Assembly: GCF_022045235.1 (NCBI RefSeq)
Contig: NW_027266270.1
Coordinates: forward strand, 35,526,001-35,590,000
DNA length: 64,000 bases
Direction: 5' to 3'
Source of the DNA: Haliotis cracherodii
Taxonomy: Eukaryota
The notes under the pieces are model-generated. The model had not been told where the DNA came from, ran no database searches, and saw only the letters and a program-made list of their open reading frames with translations. The position numbers were made by a program, and so were the translations under genes. This document shows positions 38,601-50,600 of this stretch, in pieces (position 1 is the stretch's first letter; the number at the start of each line of letters is the position of its first letter).

Positions 38601-41600
38601 GGGTTGCTGCCGACAAGCATGGGTTGCTGACAACAAGCATGGGTTGCTGACGTCAAGCATGGGTTGCTGACGACAAGCATGGGTTGCTGCCGACAAGCAT
38701 GGGTTGCTGACAACAAGCATGGGTTGCTGACGACAAGCATGGGTTGCTGACATCAAGCATGGGTTGCTGACAACAAGCAAGGGTTGCTGACAACAAGCAT
38801 GGGTTACTGCCGACAAGCATGGGTTGCTGAGAACAAGCATGGGTTGCTGACGACAGATTGTAACCTGGCCCCTCACGCGGGCGGGAGTAAGTGAGCCAAG
38901 CACACCATCATGAGGCAGTTCATGACATGTTGTCCATCCCACCTTGATAACCCTTTACTATATATCATCATGTTCAACAACCTACCTTGAATGTTTCATC
39001 TATATTTTTCACTCCGATTGACTTCATGCTGGTGTAGTCCCGATACCTCTTCGTTTTCTTCACAGACAAGCCTCGTTTGTACGCCTGCTGGGGACAAGAA
39101 CCAGATAGTACTCACAAGTCTCTACACAGTCAAAGTTCTGTCAGATGTGTGAGTGTTTATTTATTTGTTGTTTATCACTGCTCTCGGCAAAATTCCTGCT
39201 ATAGAATGGCACTTGGTAAATAATCAAATCTGGGCCACACAATCCAGTGACTGACATCATGAGCATACATCTAGGCACTAATCATACTGAGACATTAAGA
39301 TTTGTATTTGGGTAAATTTGAAAACCGCCAGTATACTACAACAAACAAACTCACCCCACCCCCTCTCTTGTTGGTTATTGCTATATGTACAAACAATGTA
39401 CAGTTTTCAATGGGGTTCCCGGTGTTTGATAATAGCTGGATGTGTCGGTAACCTGCAAAAGTGGATGGAGGATAATCATAAATAAGAAACTGATAATCAT
39501 AACTTTAATTGAAACTTTAAATATTTTAACAGAAAGTTGCAATATATGTGCAAAACTAGAACCTATGACCATACAGGAAAGCTTGCACCAAGCTGTGATC
39601 CAGAACAACTTGGGAAGAGTTGTTCCCCTTAGATTGAGAATGAAAATCACTTTGTTGGAAGTTAACTGAGCATCTTTTAGCCATAATTGTACATGTCTCT
39701 GACCTGTCTCTTTATTTATTGCAATACTACAGTCATAACATCATCATCAAAACAAAAAGAACTACACAATAATTTCTCAAATAATTTTTCACCAAGTTAC
39801 TGTAGCACATCATAAATCCCTACACAATCAATGTTTCAACATAACATCTTTACCTGTTTGCATGCACTCAAATGGTATTGTGAACTGTCCAATAAATTCA
39901 TCCCCAATATAGTCGTCATCCAGAACAGTGAACCTCACCAGAGCCAGCTCTGGCAAGTTGATCTGGAACTCGAAGCTTTCATCAAAGATTGGATTGTATC
40001 CTGCAAACAAACAAAAAACCCTTATATTTTGAGGTTGAAAACAATTTAATGTTACCTTTCAACTTTGACAAGATTGACGTGAGTTTTAATGATTTATTCC
40101 AACAATAACTATTCTGCAGTAAATATTCACTGCAGACAGCAGCATACTGTGACGTCTGCTCTCACAACCCATGTACAGCAACAGGTGTATTGAAATCAAA
40201 ACCTACTAGAATTTTGAAAATGTAAACTAAAGATCAAATTCCTGAACAAGGGAGGAATTTATCATTCATTGTATTATTCATCTACTTCAATTCAATCATT
40301 ATTCAGTGTAGAGGAAGTGAGACTGTACACTAGCTTGTAAACAGTCAATCCTATTCAATGCAGTCAGGTTTTCAGCATGTATCTATTGTGTCCCAAACTG
40401 ACCTTATCTGTTGCACTTTGGCACTCATATTGCTGACAACATAAAATACTGTTCACTCCCTGTTGAAAATATAGTTAATTTTGATCATAGACCTTCAGTC
40501 CTAGTAATCACCTGGAATAACGGTGAAAGACTGGCACAATAAATTAATCATTAGAATTACATCCAAATTTTGCAAAAATGTTCATCTTAAATATTTGATA
40601 TTATTTTGTTCAAACCAAGTACTAGTGTTCAGGTTACCTGTGTACAGAACCTGTCGATGAGTGTCACTCACACCAAGTATGAAGGTTAGATAGGACTTTT
40701 TATATGGTGTATTTCACCAAGTAAATGAAAACACATTGTGATTTTCTTTGTCTGTCAGTACTTGGGGTGAAATAAATTGATGTGAGCAGGATGTTTGGTA
40801 GTAAGGCAGGTGGGTGAAAATACTAGACGGCCATACACCGCATGCCATGTCACCAGCAGTACAGACACAGAGTTCACACTTGCCATTATGCGGCATAGTT
40901 TTGGTCCTTTCCTCGGCACAGTCCGAGGGAATGCCGAACACTTCAATGGTGACATAGGGGTCCGTCACCTCCCCTTTAGCTGCGGAACCCTTGGGCTTCG
41001 GGAAGTTCTGGCCACTGATAATCTGCAACAAATACAAATCACAGACTTCATGTTTATGTACCTGGAAACCAATTATGATGATGTGCTAAAGAACTTTTAC
41101 AAAATACTTTCGAAATAACTTGACATTCTCCTTAATATGAAGTACAGGGGTGGGGTGGGGGTGTGTATCCTATTCACCTTTATATGAAGTATTTGTGGGA
41201 GACATCCTATTCACCTTTATATGAAGTATTTGGGAGAGACATCCTATTCACCTTTATATGAAGTATTTGGGGGGACACCCCTGGAATGACCTCCCTGGTG
41301 TTTGCACTGAAGTATGAGATCTCCTCCCTCATGATGGCAGGTTTCAACACAAAGCCACAGCCTCCATTCTTGTGGAACCAGCCATTGTAGAGGTCCATCA
41401 TGAGTCCTGCTGTCTGGTAGTTCAGGGCCACTGAGGAAGAAGACATCAAGTGGAGGACATGACACATGCTACAATTCCAAACACTGACACCCCCAGGTGG
41501 GGTAGGAAGAGGGGAGGTTGAGCTGGGGTTACATCACCTTCAAGGTAACTGCACCGACGTAGTGACGTGCATGTGTGTAACCCCCAAGACACACTTGCAC

Positions 41601-44600
41601 AAAGCGATCTTGTGAGCCTAGGTTAAAGTATGGGAGTTATGATCATCTTAGAGCTAAGATCGCTTTGTGCAAGTGGGTCCTGGTACAGTGTAGATGTGTT
41701 AATTTACCATTAAACACCTGTGTCATCAAAAGTTACATCAGATTTTATTTGGGAATCAAGCCATATTGCCCTTAATTCCATTTTTCTTGGAGACTCCACA
41801 ATTTCACATGTAAACAAATTCAAAATGAAATGATAATAATCATTTAATAGTTAATTTCAAAAGTGTAAAAGAAAAGTGATATTATTATCAAATTGACACC
41901 TCAATAATTGTAGTTATCAAAGTTCTTAGCAAGAAGTAGCCACTTGTAAATCTCAAAATAAATCATGGTCACCAAACAAAATGGAGGCAAAGAGAGTACT
42001 GTACTGTATCTCTGTGTTAGAGAATAGCTAAGGCAAGTGAGTCCCATGTAGTGCTATTATATCCTGATAATGTATGCCAACCAATAATCTTCATACAACA
42101 GTTGCACATACAGCTTGAATGAAACACATCTTTTTATACACAGTTGTGCTACGTACTTAAGGAACTTGATTATTTGTTTGTTCTGAAGATTAATGGTGGA
42201 CAGTACACATTAGGACAAAAAGTAACAGTTGCAAGTTGTCCCAGCAACTTGCCTATCTTTACCCCTAAACTACACATAACACATCTACACGTGCAAAGCT
42301 TCTATGTATGGGTCCTCACCCATCTGACAGCCGCAGTTCCAGAGATCCTGGGGGTTGTAGTTGCTGGAGTCGATGCGCATACCATTGGGGTAGATGCGAG
42401 ACAGGAATCGCTTGTTGTGGTTGACATATTCCTCTGGCGAGGACATCGCCAACTTCAGAGCCTGGGACTCACTGTACGAGCAAATCTCCCAACATTTTTC
42501 TGAAAAGCAAACAACCCTATATGAAGACATTTCCAAAGAATCAAGCTGTTCAAAGCAGCAGTATGATTGAGAATTGGTCTATTTTAGACAATCTAGTGAT
42601 CGACATCCTGAGCATCGCTCTACGCAATTGGAATACGATGAAATGCATCAACCAAGTCAGCGAGTCTGACCACCCAATCCTGTTAATCACCTCTCACATG
42701 GGTTGCTGAAGATCACTTCTAACCCACATTTCACAGGTCAATTATTGCAATGATAAGATTTTTGTATCATGAGTGATTATATCAATACAATACCATAGAT
42801 TCAATTGTAATGAAATACCTTCCTTAAACACAATTGTCAAGATTTCATGTATCATGTCATGAATTTAGAAATAGAAATAGAAATGACATGTTTAGGGGAA
42901 ACAACTGCTTCATTGTTTGTGCAATAAGCAGCCCTGACATTACAAAGAAAATCATGTTATATCTTACCATTAATGTCTTAATGTATCAGATTGTGTACAT
43001 TTTCATGACCTTACTCCCGTTCCACAAAGCGATCTTATTAAGGGCTAAGACTGCCGTAAGTCTATGTTAAAGTATGGGAGTTAAGATCGTTTTAGCTACG
43101 TTTGTTTGTTGGTTAACACCGCACTCAGCAACATTCCAGCTCTATGTAATTTCTAAAATTATAAAATTCTGTAAATTATCGAGTCTGGACCAGACAATCC
43201 AGTGACTGATATCATGAGTATCGATCTATGCAATTGGGATACAATGTATACAAGTCAATGAGCCTGACCACCAGATCCCTTTAATCGCCTCTAACGACAA
43301 GCATAGTCACCATTTACAGCAAGCATGGGTTGTTGAAGACCTTTGAAGATCTTCACGGTCTCTTAGCGCTATGATCGCTTTGTGGAAAGGGGCCCTGATG
43401 ACTACTGTGATATGTTCAGAGGACATTACAGTTTACACAGGAAGAAGGGCATGGAGTCTTAATGTCATATATGTCTTAGCAAGGGAATTATTAGACTTAT
43501 GCTTAGTTACTGAAAATATATAATTTTGAAAGAAACAGATAACTCCATTTAAATTGAAAAGAAGCCTGGGCCAGTGAGATGGAAGATTCAGAACCTGTGG
43601 GAAATCTAGACTTGCTCCATGTATGGTCGTAGCATTACAGTAAGGGTTGTGAGGAAGGGAAAATAATATGGTTCAGGGACTTGAGGTAGATGAGTGAACT
43701 AAGTTTAATATAGCTGTTTCTTCTTGTGTAAGTAGAACAGGTATCCATGGTCTCTTGTTTTTTGTTTAATGTTTAAATGCAGTTTCCAGCTATATGATGG
43801 CAGCCTGCAAATAATCAAGTCTGAACCAGTGATTGCTATTGTGAGCAACAATCCACACAATCAAGGTACGAGACCACACAAACAACCAAATCACCAAGAT
43901 TGACCACCTGATGCATTGGCTGCCTCTTACGACCAGCACAGGTAACTGGGGACCAATTCTACCCCGGAATCCCCACCCAAGGCATTTGAGCAATTGACTT
44001 GATCTTGCATCTGTTTGTGATGTGTGCTACTGATGGGACAGAATACGTTTTCAAGAACACCTGACACTATCTGATAATGATATAATTGAAATCGTACAAT
44101 CGACTCTTAGAAGAGATTTCTTCTAAAAATGGAAAGGGTATAATCTTTTTTATTAAGGACTCACGGTTCTGCTGGGAAACCTGAAAGTCTTCAAATCTCT
44201 TGGACACACAGTAGACAACCATGTCAGACAATTCTTTGACCAGCTTGTGCTTCTTGACCGACCCCTCCTGAAACACCAGCATCCAGTAGCATCCAGGACA
44301 ACATCCATACCAACCACACACATGACATAGAAAACTAGACCACAAAATAGTTCTGAAAATGGAAATAGCCATGAACAGATGCATTTCTCTACCAACAGGC
44401 CATGTGCTGAAGGCCATCAGGGTAAACAAATGCATGCACAACAGATAGCCATGGCAGTTTACAGCCAGTTGGTTGCATAGTTTGGCAGAAGCAGTGCAGT
44501 TCCTTTTCCTTGGGGTCTCCATGAGATAGCATAAGAAGCATGCAACTTGGCAGTAGGCAGGTCCCTCTGCATGTTTCACTGACTGAAATCATACAGTATA

Positions 44601-47600
44601 CAAAGCTAGGCAAAAACCATTTAACTTCAGCTAGTTCTGCAAGTGATTTCTGTAAAGTACTTATGTGAATAATGCCCGGAATGGCTATTGAAATTGTTTA
44701 GTCATTTTAAATATTTGTTTTTTTGTTAAATACTAAATCCAAGGAGCAGACTGGGGGATCCAAAACAGCATAATTAACTTTAATAATAGTCTCGTCTCCA
44801 CATGCTCTGTTTACTTATTTACTGAAAGAAGTATCTTACCAACCGTTGTATCCAGAATTCCTTATAAAGTTGTGCAATTTAATGATGTTACATTACACAA
44901 TTAATTCCATTGTAACGTCAATGACATAAAGCATCATAATTTGGATTCAAACCAGATTTATCACAATGATCATTAGCACTTTTAATGGAATGAAATCAAG
45001 TCCAAACCTTTTACTAAAATCAAATTGGCATTAAACCATTTTTCTCATAACATCGGTCTTTGCTCAAAACTGTCTAGTCCATCAGCCCCAACTTGGCTCA
45101 TTTTCAGAACATTTTAGAGTTATCATATATTATAGTTTTATTAGCTGATCCTACTGGACTGAACTAATTTTACTTGACTTATCACAGACTAGTCCTTTGA
45201 TGCCTGTTATCTTCAGAATTGACCTAGGATTAAACCTGTGACCTTGACACCGATCTTTAACCTTGACCTTACCCGTTTACTATTTTTCTTCTTGTCAGGT
45301 TCTGCCCCCTCGTCCTCATCAGTGACATAGCCCTCGACTGAGCTGGTTGCGATTGGCAGTTTTTTACCCTGCAATATGCATGAGTTAAGCATGTGAACAA
45401 GGCAACTAGATCTACTGACACCAGCAAGGTGAGGTTAATCCACTAAAGGGTGTCCAGATGGGGGACTATGTCAAGCCAGGCTGGTCATGGAGGTCAATAC
45501 ACACACAGCATAGAATACAAATGTAAATGTCAGAGAATAAACAGTCTTGATTTCCCCCAGCAATAGATTCATTTGGGAATAACAGGCACAACACAGTGAT
45601 GCCATAGTAGGTCAAATACTACAACAGTTCAAACTCAATCATATTTCAATTAAATCCTGTGTATAATAGTTACTTTATTTCATTTCCAAGCCATTTAATC
45701 ATTCATGACGATAGTGAGTGAGTGAGTTGAGTTTGATGTCGCTTTGAACAGTATTCCAGTTATATGTCAGCTTAATGTGGCGGAAAGCCCGAAGTAATGC
45801 AGGTCTCAGACGTTTACCACTTTGGTGAAACCCACGAGCACGGGTATGGTGCTGATAAACCTAGAAACATAATTGGGACGAACCAGGATTCACGACACAT
45901 GATGATAGATTTCGAAGTTTGGTGCATTAGATGAGCAGGCCATCCATGTCCTCACATGTTGATAATTAAGTATAGTGTGATCAGAATGTACAGTTAACCT
46001 TATTGTGTAAAACCACAAGAAATTTCAATCTGTTCATGTTGAACCAAATCCTTCAGTTGCAAGTATCAAGATATGTACATCCCACCCAAATGTTGGCGCT
46101 GGTGTTGTATTGACCCCCTGACCAGGCTATAAGCACTAATATACACCTTGACCGGCACATACAGTCCTATAATCACAGTACCTTGACCAAGAAAGTCAGA
46201 CACATATCAGTTCTTGACGGATGTACAAACGTTTATGACACAGTCTCAGTACTATCATGTCTAGCTACTGTATTGTGAGTTGTCAGTTTGGGGGCAGGCG
46301 AAACAGGATCTGATCAAGGGGGTGTTCTGGTTATGAGATTGGTATAGCACCTTATTGAACAGATCTTTGTTATTACACTACACGCCAGTTATTTGTGATA
46401 AGAAAGCACACAGTGAATCTGGTCATTGACCTTTTTCTACCTGGGGAAATCCATCAGCATGGCATCAAAATCAAAAAAATAATTCGGCCTCACTTAGGTT
46501 GAATCTGAATGGAACAGATTATTCGACCAACAGAGTGAGTGAGTTAGTGAATATTGCTTAATGCTGCATAAGCATTGTTACAGATATTCCTAGCTCAATT
46601 CCAAAGACATAGCTGCCAACTTTCCCAATTTACAATTATTATTTTGTTACGATCTTCTGGTCGGGACACCAAAGCCTGACACAATTGATAACTTTTTTGA
46701 TTAGTTTCTATTTCGTCTACAGAAACTTGCGATTATACATGTGCAGTGTCTCGATTAGACAGATGCAACACCATAGACAGACTTCACACCAGTTGACAAA
46801 TAAGACGCGCTCGTGTTCACATCAGATGGTGTAAGTTAAATAATGACCCGCTCTTTACCAGTGTCTATAAAAATTTAGTCCTTTCGTCCTTTGTCCTTTT
46901 GTAGATTTGCATATTATTTCTATCAATTAAGGAAGAATTCATATTTTCATATTCTAGTTTCAAATTCAGACATTCAGGACAGTAGGCAGATGTGCAAAGA
47001 ACATGGAGACATATCCAGAACTCACAAGAAGCCCCTTTCTTACACAAACTTGTTTGAAACATCATGGTTAAATACGTTCAGGGATTTTTAGTCTGCTCAG
47101 ACTGTACAAGTGTTCTCATCATGTCCAAAAATTAAGACCAGGATCTCACAAAATGGAAACAAAAATTCTTTGAAGTTTAAAATTACACATTTACTTGACA
47201 TCTTGACATGACATGAACACATTTCATCTCCCTCAAATTCAATTTTAGGGGCCGAAATATAGAGGCTGATGAGAAAATTACACTCACTATGTTTGATCAA
47301 CATTCAAAGAAACGAATAAATTTTCTTAACAAGATTGAAGTGTCTATCACTTATCCTCCAACACTGATCAAACATTCATGTGTAAGACATGGCCGTACAA
47401 GCTGATCACTCACTACTGATAAGACGAAAATGCACTTGCCTAAAATAGATGGTAAATTAATGTGCCAATTTCTCCTAGATGACACACATGTAATTATCAT
47501 CCACATATAAAACATACAACTAACAAACTGACTTTTGTCGTAATGTAATTTTTGACACTTAATATTGATCCTGAGTGTTCTCATAGATGAGATGATACTC

Positions 47601-50600
47601 AAACACTCTGTTACAGACTTGTATTACACCGAGAAATATCTGTGAGGATGTACACAATGTGAGGATTCCGACTGATTGTGATCGCAGGTCACTTTGAACA
47701 GTGGCAGCTAAATCAAGTTTACTCTGTGGGTAGCAAACCACAGCAATAAAAACACTAGCCTGTATGCTGACATTAGGGTGTGAATGTCATGGATGCTGTT
47801 AAAAAAGAAGTCTTCAGTTGGAGCGCAGGATTAAAATAACTAGCAACATTTACTTGGTCTATGTTTTTAGTGATTTCAATAACAGTGTGACCACTATCAA
47901 ACTGCTCTGCAATGACAAAACTCAGATAATGTTTTTGTTGTTGACACTAGCACACAGAGGGAAGAAAAGTTTGTTCAACCTCCTGAATGGACATGAGACG
48001 TGGGTAGCAAGATACTACACTTGCACAACTTATCATGTATAGTTTGCAGTGAAAAGGACTTCTGTCGAATCTGAAGATTTTATAGTGTGATGACAGCTGA
48101 AATACAGGATTTCTGGCAATAATGTAATAGAGGTTTTGTATTCGTAAGAATTATTAACATGTGGGCCAAGTAACTCTGTGGATGACGGCATCAGCAAGAC
48201 CACGCTGTCATGTCGCCGATTCTTCATTTAGCTTGCTCTAATGACAAGCATAGGGCCTGGTATCCTAACCTGCTCAGGTATCCAAACTGTTCTGACATCC
48301 TAACGTGTAGACTGACATTTAGTCCAAAAAATATAGCTATGTTATTCAAAACTATATCTGTACAAAATATAACAATGATATCCAAATAGAGCCAAGAAAC
48401 AATGCTTAATGTCAGAGCTGTGCCAATCTAGAATTGTTCAAGAATTCTAAACTTCAGTTAGACTCCATGTATTCTCAATGGTCTGGGAGACAAACCACCT
48501 CACATGGCTCACTTGAAGTAATACTTCATGAACATCTATTAGGGATGTCACGATTCACCTATTGTACCGATGCATCCATAGACAATTCTCACGCTACGAT
48601 ACAAGCCTAATTCTTACCGAATTTGAAACTGATTGTTTGATTGGCATTCTAGAAGTTGGTGGGTAAGTAAGAAAACATACAACTTTATGGATACCAACTT
48701 CAGGTTTATTGCATATAGTGACGTTTCCATGTAGATTCTCACACTGTTATCAAGCTGGAGTGACATCAACCAAGTGATGAGAGGTATAGATACATGACAC
48801 GTTGTGATAAGCAGCAGATTAACACTGACAACAACGGTAATAGATACGGTAATACAGATAATTCGACTAAGCCAGATGTACAGTAAGAATAACAAATAGC
48901 ACACAGGTAATGAACCACACGGGTAATGAAGCCAGATGTACAGCAAAGATAAGGATTAAAAGGATTTAACATTTGTGACACGCTGATTGGGTCCTTATTA
49001 CAGAGCTCCAGATAAGCTTTCGGTGTTGTTGGTATTTTACCCATGCATTTTAAAATGTGGGTATTTAAGTTAAATATTTAAAAACACTATTCATCTAGTC
49101 CCTGCAAAGTGGTGTCATGTGGGCTTCGAGAGCTTTATAGGACGATACCACGATACTTCCACAAGAAAGTGTGATAGCAAATGATCATGATGTAACTGTC
49201 ATCCTGGAGTTTGGCAAGGTTGAAGAAATGCCTGTTTATAATTTCAAAATAAGTATCTGATTTGCTAATTGAACATGCAGGGTTACTTCACAATATTTTG
49301 ATGATATGCACAAGTTTTATTTTTGTAGCGTATCTGTAATGTTCATTGCGTATTTGATACGCTTGGATTTATTTTACTGCATATTTCTGCATTTCTGATG
49401 CATATTTTACGCAGATTCGCAGCTTATCTGGAGTACTGTTATTAAAATAGTCTACTGCTTGATAAGATCTTCATGGACAGAAGAGATGTAATACCCTTGA
49501 TCTCTGTTGATCAGAGGTTTGTGATGGCAGATTTATAGCTTTTCTTTTGGTTTAGTCCTGATGTTTGGTTGAGAGGATATGGAGTCAAAACAGAATTGGA
49601 TGGCAAGGGAATTTTTGCTGGTTGTCACTCCAGCTTGATGACGGTGTAAGAATCTACATTGAAAAGTTACTGTATGCAATAAGTCGTTATCCATAAAGTT
49701 GAACATTTTCTTACGCAAATTTGAAAGTATCAAGCACGAACATCTCAAAGTTGAGTTCAATTGTACTTTTTTAAGTCAGCTTTTTAACTTGTTATTCAAA
49801 GCTTATTGTTGACCAATCAAATAAGGAATATTGTATGTTAGTTATTTCATCCATGAAGACTAAAACCACTTGGCATTGAATTTAAATGTTTAAACAAACT
49901 ACACCCTTTTCTGGTGCGTAACACCTGCATCAAGTACCAGCTCAATCATCTATTCAGTAGTTCTGGAAGTGTCAAAACTAAAAAAACATGTTGATGAACA
50001 CTAAAATTTCAATTTCTCAATAAAACAAACTTAAATAGAGGGTAATTAATGTCAACATTGTACATGGGAATTTGGTACATTAGAAATATCTGACAAAAAA
50101 CCTATCCATGGTTTCCACCTAGATATGGTATGTGTATCATGGTTAACATTTATACTAAGTTATCTTATAATAATTAGATCTACATCAAGTGCTTTTATGA
50201 GTTATCATGGTGTAATATTTATACATCATGATAACTCATAAAAGCACTTGATGTAGATCTAATTATCATAAGATAACTTAGTATAAATGTTAACCATGAT
50301 ATGTGTAAGGCCCTGTAATGAAAGGCCCTGTAATGAAAAAACCCTGTAATGGAAGGCCAAATAGTGAAAGACCCTGTAGTGAAAGGCCCTGTAGTGAAAG
50401 ACCCTCTAATGAAAGTCCCTGTAGTGTAAGGCCCTGTAGTGAAAGACCCTCTAATGAAAGTCCCTGTAGTGTAAGGCCCTGTATTGAAAGGCCCTGTAAT
50501 GAAAAAACCCTGTAATGGAAGGCCCAATAGTGAAAGGCCCTGTAATGAGAGGCCCTGTAATGAAAGGCCCAATAGTGAAAGGCCCTGTAATGAAAGACCC

